Shown: positions 48,199 through 57,869, numbered from the stretch's first letter. The stretch is DNA of 64,000 nucleotides from Candidatus Foliamicus sp. (GCA_965249285.1 OZ252226.1:419095-483094), one strand, 5' to 3'. Made by a program: numbers and translations. Notes: generated by a model from the sequence alone, not told the origin.

Positions 48199-49008
48199 AT
48201 GAAGAAGGTGTCGGCGCTGTGCGCCCTTACCGCTTTCGCAATGATTCTTGCGGAGATGGCGGCAGGGCAGGAACCGGGGGATACCTTCTCGGAAGATCTC
48301 CAGGCGGGCGGGCGCGGCCCTGAGATGGTGGTCATTCCCGCCGGCAAATTCGAGATGGGCTGCGTATCGGGTCAGGAATGCTACGAGGATGAGATGCCGG
48401 TGCATAGCGTAACGATCTCGCAGCCTTTTGCCGTTTCGAAGTATGAGATCACGTTTGAGGATTACGACCGCTTTACGCATCCGATCGAAGTGGATGACGA
48501 GGGCTGGGGGCGCGGGCGACAACCGATCATGAATGTGTCATGGAATGACGCCAGGGAATACGTGGCCTGGTTGTCCTCGCAGACTGGACAGACCTACCGC
48601 CTGTTGACGGAGGCCGAATGGGAATATGCAGCCCGGGCGGGGTCGACGACCCAATTCAGTTGGGGTAACGAAATTGGTCAAGAAAGAGCCAATTGTGGAG
48701 GCTGTAGCACGCAATGGGACTTTGTGCAGACCGCCCCGGTGGGATCTTTCGCGGCCAATCCGTTTGGCTTGCACGAGATGCATGGAAATGTATGGGAGTG
48801 GGTTGAGGACTGCTGGAATGACAGTTATTCGGGCGCTCCCGCCAATGGAGATGCGTGGCTCAGCGGCGATTGCTCGCAGCGCATTTTGCGTGGCGGCTCC
48901 TACGACGACTTTCCGTATGACCTGCGCTCCGCGATTCGCGTCGGGAACGCCGCCGGCGACCGCAGCAGCAGCCTCGGTTTCCGCGTTGCCCGGACCCTCA
49001 CCCCCTGA
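48199..49008 (+). CDS. Formylglycine-generating enzyme (SUMF1/FGE) family protein, secreted
   Basis: Signal peptide MKKVSALCALTAFAMILA. ...MVVIPAGKFEMG...VSKYEITFEDY...WNDAREYVAWLS...YRLLTEAEWEYAARAG...HGNVWEWVEDCW...RGGSY. Confidence 0.85.
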   Translation: MKKVSALCALTAFAMILAEMAAGQEPGDTFSEDLQAGGRGPEMVVIPAGKFEMGCVSGQECYEDEMPVHSVTISQPFAVSKYEITFEDYDRFTHPIEVDDEGWGRGRQPIMNVSWNDAREYVAWLSSQTGQTYRLLTEAEWEYAARAGSTTQFSWGNEIGQERANCGGCSTQWDFVQTAPVGSFAANPFGLHEMHGNVWEWVEDCWNDSYSGAPANGDAWLSGDCSQRILRGGSYDDFPYDLRSAIRVGNAAGDRSSSLGFRVARTLTP

Positions 49009-49067
49009 ATCTTTAGATCTTTACTTCACTGGGGGTTCCAACCAGGGCGTTCGCCCCCCGTGGATAG

Positions 49068-50357
49068 CTAGTCGAGCGCCGCCAGCCGCTTCTCGCTCTG
49101 GCGTCTTGAGTAGTTGATCCAGTTGCGTCCGTTGAAATTCTTCTCGCGCTTCCCCAGTTCCTTCAACACGGAAATACGAACCCGTAGGGCGCCCGGGTGA
49201 TCAGGGCCGACAGCCAGCGCCGCATCGGCGAGATTCAGGCTTTCCACGAGCTGCCCCTTGCTTTCCAGCTCCAGGGCGCGCGACACAACCTCGTCGACGC
49301 CGCCGGCCAGCGCTACCAGTTCACGGGTTTTTACGTCGGGGGAATCCGACAGCAAGGTGGCCGGACTGCCATCGAACCAGCCCGCATAGCCGTGATAGAT
49401 GCCGCGCACGCTCCATCCAACTGCGCCATAAGACTCCTCAATCTCGAACCTCTCCGGAAGTTGAACCTCGCGCATCACGGTATAGACATCCTTGCCCTCA
49501 TTGAGTCCGCGCACGGTCGCGTCATGGACGTACTCAATCGCGTCACGATATTCCCCCAGGGTCTCTTGAATGTAATCCTTGCCCTTTAGCGGCGGCGCGT
49601 GCGCGACCAGCACCAGATCGGGGTCCAGCTCCAGAACCCTGTCGATGGACGTGACATAGTCGAGCGCAAATCGTGGTGGGGCGCCTCTCACTGCGGCGAT
49701 GTTCGGAAAACTGCTGTAATAGTTGTCGCCGATGAAAGCCGCCTTCAGCTCCGGAATCCACACGGTCGAGTGGTCCCAGGTTTCTCCCGGCGTGTGCAGC
49801 ATGCGAAATGTCAGCCCGCCGAATTCGAATTCATACTCGTGATCGAAAAGGACTGTGGTGGGAATCTCGGCGGCGAAATTGCCCTTGGATTCGATCTTCC
49901 TCGGCGGGGCAAGAAACTGGGCCTCGTTTCTATATTGGAAGAAGCCCGCGAGCCGCTCGCGGTAGTGCATGTATTCCGGGAATCTTCTCTGGGCGATGAC
50001 CTCGGTACCCTCTTCTTTCCACAGATGGATGCCGCCTACGTGATCTTCGTGCGCGTGGGTCAGAAGGATGTATCTCACCGGCGCCGAACTGATCTTTCGC
50101 AGTGCCTCATAGTGGCGCGGCGCGGCATCCCGCGTGGATGTGTCAATGACCACGTTGCCCTGTTCGGTGACGACCAGGAAAGTTCGACTCATGTCGGTCG
50201 CCATATAGATTTGGTCGGTGACTTTGACGGCCTTGACGGTTCGCGCCAGGCCGGCTGGACTAACCGAAATCAATAGAGCCAGCAAAACACCACCGCAAAT
50301 GGCGCGGTGACGAGTGGCCTTTCCCATGAGTTCAAGTTTCCGGAATGGTGTTTTCAT
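49068..50357 (-). CDS. MBL-fold metallo-hydrolase, alkyl/aryl-sulfatase-like (with dimerisation domain, no SCP2 domain)
   Basis: LLTHAHEDHVGG (HxHxDH). The C-terminal helical region resembles the alkyl-sulfatase dimerisation domain. Signal peptide after the ATG at 50357. Confidence 0.75.
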   Translation of the reverse strand: MKTPFRKLELMGKATRHRAICGGVLLALLISVSPAGLARTVKAVKVTDQIYMATDMSRTFLVVTEQGNVVIDTSTRDAAPRHYEALRKISSAPVRYILLTHAHEDHVGGIHLWKEEGTEVIAQRRFPEYMHYRERLAGFFQYRNEAQFLAPPRKIESKGNFAAEIPTTVLFDHEYEFEFGGLTFRMLHTPGETWDHSTVWIPELKAAFIGDNYYSSFPNIAAVRGAPPRFALDYVTSIDRVLELDPDLVLVAHAPPLKGKDYIQETLGEYRDAIEYVHDATVRGLNEGKDVYTVMREVQLPERFEIEESYGAVGWSVRGIYHGYAGWFDGSPATLLSDSPDVKTRELVALAGGVDEVVSRALELESKGQLVESLNLADAALAVGPDHPGALRVRISVLKELGKREKNFNGRNWINYSRRQSEKRLAALD

Positions 50358-50822
50358 GATATTTACTCCGGTGGGTCTCCACTTCATAAGCCCGATTCGA
50401 CCCCACTATATACTCACTCTCATGTAGTGGCGGAGAGGCTGTTCCTTGCTTTATGGCCAAATAGACTTGATAGCTGGGAATGTGATCGGCGCCTTCGAAA
50501 AGAAGAGGCGAAAGCGCGTCCACGTCAAACGATCTATCACTGCTCATTCGAGCAATCGCACTAAAGATTTTTTTCAATCGTTGCACGCGATGCGCGGTGT
50601 TCAAACTCAGTTGCGTTTTTCTTCTACCAACCTGTCTTGATCAAACGCTTATTGCTCGTAGAAAAACGCGGATAGTCGCCGCGTTTGATTGTCGCGGAGC
50701 GAGCCTTGGTATGTGTACTTGCGATAGAACACTAGCTGTGTGAATTCACCACGTTGTCAAAATCAGCAGCCGGACGGTTTTGTGGTTCGGAAGAATAAGG
50801 CTTGAGTACTCGCGCTAGCAAT

Positions 50823-50846
50823 GGTATATATCACTGATATATATCC
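50823..50846. promoter_or_regulatory. AT-rich palindrome upstream of vapB (probable operator/promoter)
   Basis: GGTATATATCA-c-TGATATATATCC ends 15 nt before the vapB ATG. TATAT-type -10 candidates lie inside it. Confidence 0.4.
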
Positions 50847-50861
50847 TAGGAATCAAAGCAA

Positions 50862-51110
50862 ATGACCAAGATCGCAAAGCTCTTCTGGTCTGGGCGCTCC
50901 CAGGCCGTGCGCTTGCCCAAGGAATTTCGCATGAACGGCAGTGAGGTGCGGATACGCAAGCAAGGCGCCGGGGTATTACTTGAGCCCATAGCATCCGATT
51001 GGGAATGGCTTGATGAAATTGCAGGCAAGTTCTCCGGTGACTTCTTTGCGGAGGGACGCGAGCAGCCCGAATTGCCGACCCGTCCGGGTCTTGGTGGCGC
51101 ATTCAAGTGA
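50862..51110 (+). CDS. vapB: VapB antitoxin (AbrB/SpoVT fold)
   Basis: MTKIAKLFWSGRSQAVRLPKEFRMNGSEVRIRKQG. Confidence 0.85.
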   Translation: MTKIAKLFWSGRSQAVRLPKEFRMNGSEVRIRKQGAGVLLEPIASDWEWLDEIAGKFSGDFFAEGREQPELPTRPGLGGAFK

Positions 51111-51544
51111 TTCGCTACCTCCTCGATACGAACGCCTGTATTGCATTACTCAACAAGACTTCGCCGACCCTGCTGGCGCGGGTTTGTCGTCATAATCCTG
51201 AGGTAATTGGTCTTCCTGCGCCGGTTGCCTATGAGCTCTACTACGGAGCCTTCAAGAGCAGATACGCAGAACGCAACCTCGAGCTATTGGACAAAATAGG
51301 CTTTGAAATCGTTCCTTTTGATGCGGATGATGCTCGAATGGGCGGAGTGATCCGAAGTCGACTTGAAGCGGTTGGGTGCCCGATTGGCCCGTATGATCTG
51401 CTGATTGCGGGACAGGCCTGCGCGCGACAAGTGGTATTGGTGACCGCCAATACCAGGGAATTTCTAAGGGTTGAGGGGCTTGATTGCGAAGATTGGTCGG
51501 TTGCCGAAACCCGCAATTCATCTGACCATAACAGTCCGCGTTGA
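51107..51544 (+). CDS. vapC: VapC PIN-domain toxin
   Basis: MIRYLLDTNACIALL...PYDLLIAGQA...LVTANTREF. Overlaps vapB by 4 nt. Confidence 0.9.
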   Translation: MIRYLLDTNACIALLNKTSPTLLARVCRHNPEVIGLPAPVAYELYYGAFKSRYAERNLELLDKIGFEIVPFDADDARMGGVIRSRLEAVGCPIGPYDLLIAGQACARQVVLVTANTREFLRVEGLDCEDWSVAETRNSSDHNSPR

Positions 51545-51631
51545 CTGGCGCGCTCTAAGTTGGAGGAATTGGAGGCGCTTCCCACTGCCGTACCCGATTT
51601 GTCGCTTCAATTGGGAAACAATATATGGTCA

Positions 51632-51668
51632 TTGACGTTTGCTGGATATGTCCCTATAGTGTAGGGAC
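51632..51668 (+). promoter_or_regulatory. Sigma70-like promoter with overlapping operator palindrome upstream of tacA
   Basis: TTGACG (51632-51637), a 17-nt spacer, then TATAGT (51655-51660). The inverted repeat GTCCCTA-tagtg-TAGGGAC (51650-51668) spans the -10. Confidence 0.4.
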
Positions 51669-51685
51669 AATTCGGGGCGCAGGAT

Positions 51686-51997
51686 ATGCTGAACTTTATT
51701 GATCCTGATGTGTCTTCGAGCGAAAGATCGACCGACAGCATTGAGATGCGGATCAAGCCCAGTGTCAAGAGCGGCATCGTTAGGGCTGCTGAATTGATGG
51801 GTGTCCCACTCACTGCATTTGTGCGTGCTTCGGCGATGCGGGAAGCCGAACGGGTCCTGCGTGAGCATCAGACGACTGTTCTCTCCGCGCGCGATCAGCG
51901 CGCTTTGCTGGCGGCTCTCGACAATCCACCTCCACCCACCAAGGCCGCGCTGGAAGCTGTGGCTCGTTATAAGGCACGGATAGCCAATGCCCGTTGA
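51686..51997 (+). CDS. tacA: DUF1778-family (TacA-like) RHH antitoxin
   Basis: IEMRIKPSVKSGIVRAAELMGVPLTAFVRASAMREAERVL...LSARDQRALLAALDNPP. Confidence 0.8.
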   Translation: MLNFIDPDVSSSERSTDSIEMRIKPSVKSGIVRAAELMGVPLTAFVRASAMREAERVLREHQTTVLSARDQRALLAALDNPPPPTKAALEAVARYKARIANAR

Positions 51998-52544
51998 CGG
52001 AGAAACCCTCCCCCGCGCTTCCATAGATCCTTTCGAGCCAAGCCGCCATGAGCGGGCAGCGTTTTCGTGCGGGGTGGCTCGTCTGGACAACTTTCTGCGC
52101 CTTAGCGCCAAGAAACAACAAAAAGACGGTTTCACACGGTTGTTCGTTGCGGTTGCCGAAGGAGCCAGTCGGATCTTGGGGTACTACGCTTTGAACACGC
52201 ATGCCGTTGGGACTACTGAACTGGCACAAAACCGTCCGCGGCGTGCTCCGAGCACGGGTAGCCTCCCGGCCTTGTATCTCTCGATGATTGCCGTAGACAA
52301 GAGTCTGCAGGGCAGGGGGCTGGGAACCGATCTCTTGATTGACGCGCTGCGCCGCGCCTGGAATGTGTCAAAGGAGGTTGGACTCAAGCTGGTGATTCTG
52401 GATGTGATCGAAGATGACGGAAACAAGGCGTTCCAGCGACGCAAAGAGTTCTACCGACGCATGGGTTTTGAAAGTTTCAGCGATTATCCAGATCGAATGT
52501 TCATTACCATAGGTACCATCCGACGCATGTTTTGTGAGGCTTAG
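51987..52544 (+). CDS. tacT: GNAT-family acetyltransferase toxin (TacT-like)
   Basis: FSCGVARLDNFLR...GYYAL...ALYLSMIAVDKSLQGRGLGTDLLIDAL. Overlaps tacA by 11 nt. Confidence 0.8.
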   Translation: MPVDGETLPRASIDPFEPSRHERAAFSCGVARLDNFLRLSAKKQQKDGFTRLFVAVAEGASRILGYYALNTHAVGTTELAQNRPRRAPSTGSLPALYLSMIAVDKSLQGRGLGTDLLIDALRRAWNVSKEVGLKLVILDVIEDDGNKAFQRRKEFYRRMGFESFSDYPDRMFITIGTIRRMFCEA

Positions 52545-52624
52545 CCTGCATTTTGCATGAGCGCCTTGTTGACAGGCTCGGCCCATGCGCCGGGCTAGCT
52601 ATACTCGACGACAATGAGGAAAGA

Positions 52625-53509
52625 ATGAAGAAATTTGCTGTTATTGCCGCGCCGCTGCCGGCAGCTGTTGCTGTCATGGCTTATGTCGTGCTGGCTGGCT
52701 GTTCCCCCGATTCGGGGGATTCAAACCTAGCCGCACCCGCGCAAGAGCAGGAACTTTCAGATGATTTGCCCGCGGCGGCGGCAAACCTGCCTCCCGCTCA
52801 AGCCGCTGGAAACGCCGTGCGCGGGGAGGCCGAGTTTGCCGTTTGCGCCGTTTGTCACGGCGATCAGGGCGAAGGTTTCGAAGAGTACGGGGCGCCGCGT
52901 ATCGGGGGTCAGGAAGACTGGTATGTGATCACCTCGCTGCATAACTTCCGCAAAGGCTTGCGGGCCAGGGACAATTGCGATGTCGCGGACGTGGCCGGCA
53001 CGCTGGAGCGGGCCATGGCGCAATCACCGGGCTACGCGGACATCGAGTCGGAGCTGGCCGGCCATTTCGACGGCGGGCTGCCCTCCGGCGGGGCCTGCAG
53101 CCAGCCGTCGCCCGACGTCTACGGCCCGTTGATGCGCGCGATTGCCCTGACGCTGGCCGACGACCAGGCGGTTAAGGACTTGGCCGCCTACGTTAGGACC
53201 CTGTCGCCGCCGCCCGCGCCGGCAACCATGGAAGGCGACGCGACCGCCGGTCAGGGCGGTTACGCTACGTGCATTTCCTGCCACGGGGAAAGGGGTGACG
53301 GCGAGCCTAAACTAAATTCGCCCGGACTGGCGGGCCAGCACGATTGGTACACTGTGCGTCAGTTGCAGAATTACATTTCCGGCGTTCGGGGCGCCGACCC
53401 GGCCAATATTCTTGACACGCAGATGCGGTCCATGGCCACGGTTCTGCCGACGCCCAAGGCGCTGAACGACGTAGCCGCCTACATCAATACATTCAGCTCC
53501 GGCGAATAG
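52625..53509 (+). CDS. Dihaem c-type cytochrome, lipoprotein signal
   Basis: Two CxxCH motifs (CAVCHG, CISCHG). Lipobox VLAGC. RBS GAGGAAAG upstream of the ATG at 52625. Confidence 0.85.
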   Translation: MKKFAVIAAPLPAAVAVMAYVVLAGCSPDSGDSNLAAPAQEQELSDDLPAAAANLPPAQAAGNAVRGEAEFAVCAVCHGDQGEGFEEYGAPRIGGQEDWYVITSLHNFRKGLRARDNCDVADVAGTLERAMAQSPGYADIESELAGHFDGGLPSGGACSQPSPDVYGPLMRAIALTLADDQAVKDLAAYVRTLSPPPAPATMEGDATAGQGGYATCISCHGERGDGEPKLNSPGLAGQHDWYTVRQLQNYISGVRGADPANILDTQMRSMATVLPTPKALNDVAAYINTFSSGE

Positions 53510-53571
53510 CTTTGGCCGAGATGTTAGCAACAAATAGAAAGGTCCGCTTTTGGAACAAATGATCTGTCCGG

Positions 53572-54306
53572 TTGTTGGATAGCGCTCCAAAGCCCCGGAA
53601 GGACGGAGTCCGACGGGCGCTTTGGAGCGCTGCACGGGCGCGCAGACCCTATGCCGCGGCCGGCAATGAAATCGTGGAACGGGGCCCCGATGGAAAAATC
53701 TTCAAGATCCGCGTCACTCCGGTATCCGCGGTTGCAACGCCTCAAGCCATGGAGAATCTCGTCGAAAGGTACGAATCGGCAACCAAGGACAACCGGGAGG
53801 CGCTACTCGTCGTTCCACTACTTATCCTGGATTTTCTCTGCATTCACCCGTTTCGTGACGGCAACGGTCGCATGGCGCGGCTATTGACACTATTGGCCCT
53901 GTATCACGCGGGCTACAACGTCGGCCGATTTATCAGTCTGGAACGCGTCATTCAAGGCTCGCACAAGTCCTATTACGAAACCCTGGAAGCAAGTTCCCGG
54001 GGTTGGCGCGAGAGCGAACATGCTGTCATGCCATGGCTCGAATACTTCTGGGGCGTGCTGTTACGCGCCTACAAGGAATTCGAAGAACGTGTCGGGAGTC
54101 TCGATCAGCCCGGAAAAAGGAAATCGCAACGTGTCAGAGCAGCAGTAGAACGAAAGGTCAAGCCTTTTCGAATCGTGGACATTGAACAAGAATGTCCGGA
54201 TGTCAGCCGGGAGACGATTCGGCTTGTCCTTCGGGCAATGAAGAAAGAGGGGTTAGTCGAACCAAGAGGCCGGGGCCGCGGTGCTCGCTGGCATAAACTG
54301 AGGTGA
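53572..54306 (+). CDS. Fic-family protein lacking the usual N-terminal (Fic_N / inhibitory helix) region, possibly a 5'-truncated gene
   Basis: Fic motif HPFRDGNGRMARLL and a C-terminal winged-helix-like tail. Recognisable homology begins only about 60 aa before the motif. No [S/T]xxxE[G/N] motif was seen. Confidence 0.7.
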   Translation: MLDSAPKPRKDGVRRALWSAARARRPYAAAGNEIVERGPDGKIFKIRVTPVSAVATPQAMENLVERYESATKDNREALLVVPLLILDFLCIHPFRDGNGRMARLLTLLALYHAGYNVGRFISLERVIQGSHKSYYETLEASSRGWRESEHAVMPWLEYFWGVLLRAYKEFEERVGSLDQPGKRKSQRVRAAVERKVKPFRIVDIEQECPDVSRETIRLVLRAMKKEGLVEPRGRGRGARWHKLR

Positions 54307-54336
54307 CTTCTTCGGGCCAAAAAGTAAGGACTTCAA

Positions 54337-54939
54337 ATGACCGCGCAGCGAATCGCCGAACTTCAGCAACAGATTTTTGAACTAACCGGGGAACTCGGGA
54401 CGCTCTTGAAGCAAAGCCCCGGCGTTAAGGTTCCCAACTACAGCTTTGCATCCGGGGAAGGGGAGGTCAGCCTGCTCGAACTGTTTGCAGACAAAGATAC
54501 CCTGCTGGCGATTCACAACATGGGGCAGGGGTGTCGCTACTGCACTGTTTGGGCCGACGGCTTCAATGGCTTTCTTCCGCACCTGGAGTCCGCCCTGTCG
54601 GTGGCGCTGCTGTCCAAGGACTCGCCCGAGGTGCAGCGCCGGTTCGCGAATGAACGTGGATGGCGCTTTCGGCTCGCATCTCATGGCGGCGGCGCTTACA
54701 TTCGCGAGCAAACTGTCGTGGATGGACAGGAAAACTATCCGGGCGCGGTGGTGTACAAGCGGCAAGGCGACAAGATTCTTCGCTACAACGCCTGTGTTTT
54801 CGGGCCCGGCGACCTCTACTGCTCCCTATGGAGCCTGCTTGCCCTGGCAGGGATGGGTGCGGAGGATTGGACACCCCAGTATTCCTATTGGCGGCGCCCA
54901 GAAGTGCTGGAAGATGGCGGAGAAAACGTCCTGGATTGA
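54337..54939 (+). CDS. DUF899-family thioredoxin-like protein
   Basis: ...VSLLELFADKDTLLAIHNMGQGCRYCTVWADGFNGFLPHL...RGWRFRLASH follows the DUF899 pattern. Confidence 0.6.
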   Translation: MTAQRIAELQQQIFELTGELGTLLKQSPGVKVPNYSFASGEGEVSLLELFADKDTLLAIHNMGQGCRYCTVWADGFNGFLPHLESALSVALLSKDSPEVQRRFANERGWRFRLASHGGGAYIREQTVVDGQENYPGAVVYKRQGDKILRYNACVFGPGDLYCSLWSLLALAGMGAEDWTPQYSYWRRPEVLEDGGENVLD

Positions 54940-54957
54940 GGTTCGAAGGCAAGTTCC

Positions 54958-55254
54958 CTACCAGCCTGCCGCGGCTAGTGGTTCGATATCTCTCAGGTCG
55001 GTGGATGCCCGGGCGCGATCCAGGTCATACAGCTTCTGTAGGTTCAGCCAGAATTCCGGGGTCATACCCAGCGCGCATCCGATGCGAAGCGCCGTGTCCG
55101 CCGTAATGGAACGGCGCCCGTGCACGATTTCGTTGATTCTTCGCGGCGGCGCCCCGATCGCTTTCGCCAAACGGTACTGGCTGATCCCAAGTTCGCCAAG
55201 AATCTCGGCCAGGTGTTCTCCGGGATGAATGGGGTCGGTTGCGATCATGGTCAT
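54958..55254 (-). CDS. higA: HigA-family antitoxin (XRE HTH)
   Basis: IHPGEHLAEILGELGISQYRLAKAIGAPPRRINEIVHGRRSITADTALRIGCALGMTPEFWLNLQKLYDL. Confidence 0.9.
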   Translation of the reverse strand: MTMIATDPIHPGEHLAEILGELGISQYRLAKAIGAPPRRINEIVHGRRSITADTALRIGCALGMTPEFWLNLQKLYDLDRARASTDLRDIEPLAAAGW

Positions 55255-55257
55255 TCT

Positions 55258-55536
55258 TCAGTGGTAGTCGGTGACTTCGATTTCCATAGCGCCTTGCTCC
55301 GTCCAGCGGAAACACACTCGCCATTGGTCGTTGATCCGAATACTATGCTGCCCCGTTCTTTCGCTCCTCAATGCCTCAAGTCGATGGGACGGTGGTATCC
55401 GCAGATCGGCAAGCGCGACGGCGGCGACCACTCGTTGGACTCGCATTCGTGCTCTCCGCTGGATGTCAGTTGGCAGATGGCGGGCTGGCTGTCCAATAAA
55501 GAGCCGTTCGGCATCCCTGTCCCTGAATCGCCTCAC
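55258..55536 (-). CDS. higB: HigB-family toxin (plasmid maintenance system killer)
   Basis: FRDRDAERLF...LADLRIPPSHRLEALRSERTGQHSIRINDQWRVCFRWTEQGAMEIEVTDYH. Confidence 0.9.
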   Translation of the reverse strand: MRRFRDRDAERLFIGQPARHLPTDIQRRARMRVQRVVAAVALADLRIPPSHRLEALRSERTGQHSIRINDQWRVCFRWTEQGAMEIEVTDYH

Positions 55537-55673
55537 ACACGTATATTAACGCATTGGGATAATACTGGGGCGACCTCTGTCAATGCCGAAGCAAATTTCC
55601 CCAGTTGTTGGAGTGAACCCCTGAATTTGGACACTCTGCTGGTTTGCCGCGAGAATGCCCGAGTAATTGAACG

Positions 55674-56958
55674 CTAGTTCGGCAACTTACGCCGGGCGCG
55701 AAGCTCCCCGTCCATGTCGAAAAAGAACAGCTCTACGTTGGCATCGTGCGGGAGATAGAGCAATACGGCATCCTGTCCCCTAATCTCCACGCGATCGTAG
55801 GCGACCTCATCCGGCTGGTCCGGGTTGCGGGCCTCGACAATGCAGCGTGTATGGGAACACTCCGACACGCCAACGGTGACCGGGCGGCGCCTCCCGCGCA
55901 TGTCCATCCAGGCGGACCGACCCTCCCGATAACGGGTTGGAGGGGAAAGCACATGAATATCCATTCCGGTGCTGATATCCGGTAAATTTCCGTCTTCATT
56001 CGAAAGAACTATTGGGTCAGCATCCATCAAGCCCTGGCGATGGGCTTCGATGCGCAACGGACGCTCGAAGCCGGCATCACTGCGTTCGCCCAGCGTTGTT
56101 TGGTCCACGGTTAACGGATCAATCCCGGCAATCTCGCGCACAAAGTGGGCCATGGGCCGGAATTCCGGCGATGCCCGCTCGCTTGCGTGCCCCCATCCGC
56201 AATGCACGAGTACCCGTGCCGTCGAGTCGCGGGCCAAAGTGCGTCCTGCCAAATTGCGCGCTTGCCAATAGTCCCGGCGGGCTTGAGGACCGCGGGAATC
56301 CGGCAAGCTCTTCTGATCTTCTTCGATTTCATACCAAACGATCTCGTAGCCCAGGGAAAGTGCAACCCGTAACATTTCCGCGAAGACCACGTCGTTGATG
56401 TAATACCCCGTGTTCTTCGTGGGGGTACCCGCGTTGATTAATGTCATCTCCCGGCCATACCGCCTCAACTGCTAGATAGCGGAATCCTTTTCGGGACAGC
56501 GGCTCCAAGAGGTCCAGCGTCAAGAGCCGATCGCTGGCAACATGATGACGCTCATTGACTATGACCATTCGGTGATCAGACGAGCGATCCACGATGTAGG
56601 AAATCGCGTTTTCCGCCTTAATTGCGGGGATAGTCCTTCCTGGACCAACGAGTGTTTCCTGCTCTTCCGAGCGCCTGGAGTAGTTCTTGTCCCAGTAGGT
56701 CAGCGCCTTGCGATGATTACCGACGAAGGATTCCAACTGTGCTCGGTGTTGGTAGTAGAACTGGGCGGATTCACACTGTGATTCGAGCAGTCTAAAGCTC
56801 TCCAACGGCGCCCACCCGTGTTCTTTGGCCCGGTACATTGAGGAGAGTAGTTCACTACAGGCACTCGCTTTCTCATCAATCGGGCCCGACTCATCGGAAT
56901 GCGCCGGGATCGTCAAAACCGCGAATGAAACGATTGCTACGAATCTTGCAATTGGCAC
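55674..56958 (-). pseudogene. Secreted protein of unknown function (possible ChaN/erythromycin-esterase-like fold), frameshifted
   Basis: ORFs 56329-56958 (signal peptide; ...MVIVNERHHVASDRLLTLDLLEPLSRKGFRYLAVEA...INQRGYP) and 55674-56468 (...TKNTGYYINDVVFAEMLR...) join if one base is removed from the G5 run at 56421-56425. Confidence 0.6.
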
Positions 56959-57161
56959 ACAGTCCCCTCCGACGCCCGGCCGTACGACTTATTTTGCTCG
57001 CATTATGGTTCCGTTAGGCTTTGATGCATCGGGAAAATCGAATAATCGAATCAAATGCAGAGGCATTCACGTTGTGCGCCTACACAAGGTGACAAGGAAG
57101 CCCAAGAAATGGGGCAAGCAAGTGCTTGTAAATTGGTACTATATACGTTACCTTATTAGTG

Positions 57162-57490
57162 ATGATCGAAGTAAGGGAATACTTGGATTACCAGGGCCGT
57201 AGCCCTTTCGCCATGTGGTTTGAACAACTTGATTTTCAAGCAGCGGTCAGGTGACTACAGCCCTGGTTCGTATCGAGAATGGCAACCTGTCCAACATCAA
57301 GAACTTGGGAGGTGGCGTCTCTGAGAGGCGCATCAACGTCGGCCCTGGTTACCGGGTCTATTTTGGCAAGGACGGTAACGCCTTGATCATCCTGCTTGGC
57401 GGTGGGACCAAGAAGCGCCAGAAAAGTGATATTGAAACTGCCCGCAGCATTTGGCGCGACTACAAACAACCAAAGAGACGGGAGTACTGA
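57162..57490 (+). pseudogene. Addiction-module killer protein (RelE/HigB-related), frameshifted
   Basis: MIEVREYLDYQGRSPFAMWFEQLDFQAAVR, then TGA at 57252. The -1 frame continues VTTALVRIENGNLSNIKNLGGGVSERRINVGPGYRVYFGKDGNALIILLGGGTKKRQ. One extra G at 57249-57251 would restore the frame. Confidence 0.75.
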
Positions 57491-57494
57491 CACT

Positions 57495-57869
57495 ATGCCC
57501 CTAACTCGCCACTTCAAAGAGACAATCCGCGAGCGCACTGAGCGCGACCCGACTTTTCGCGAGGAACTGTTGAGAGAAGGAATCGAGCATCTCATTTCCG
57601 GCGACATGGATACCGGGAAGACTGTTCTGCGCGATTACATCAACGCCACAATCGGCTTTCAGGAATTGGGTGAGCAAACCGGCAAGTCACCCAAGAGCCT
57701 GATGCGCATGTTCGGACCCAACGGCAATCCGCAAGCGCAAAACTTGTTTGAGATTATTAGCTCGCTGCAGAGGCATGAGGGCGTGCGCCTGAAGGTAGAG
57801 TCCAGTTCCGAAGAAGTACACGCGAAAGCGAACCTCAATGTCCATGTTGAAGCAGAGCCTCGATTCTGA
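57495..57869 (+). CDS. Addiction-module antidote protein (HTH)
   Basis: ...DMDTGKTVLRDYINATIGFQELGEQTGKSPKSLMRMFGPNGNPQAQNLFEIISSL. Starts 5 nt after the killer gene stop. Confidence 0.75.
   Translation: MPLTRHFKETIRERTERDPTFREELLREGIEHLISGDMDTGKTVLRDYINATIGFQELGEQTGKSPKSLMRMFGPNGNPQAQNLFEIISSLQRHEGVRLKVESSSEEVHAKANLNVHVEAEPRF

Noticed and set aside
50332-50604. 90-aa minus-strand ORF upstream of and overlapping the MBL-sulfatase start
   Set aside because: No family resemblance. It overlaps the signal-peptide region of a supported gene and lies in an AT-rich promoter-like region.
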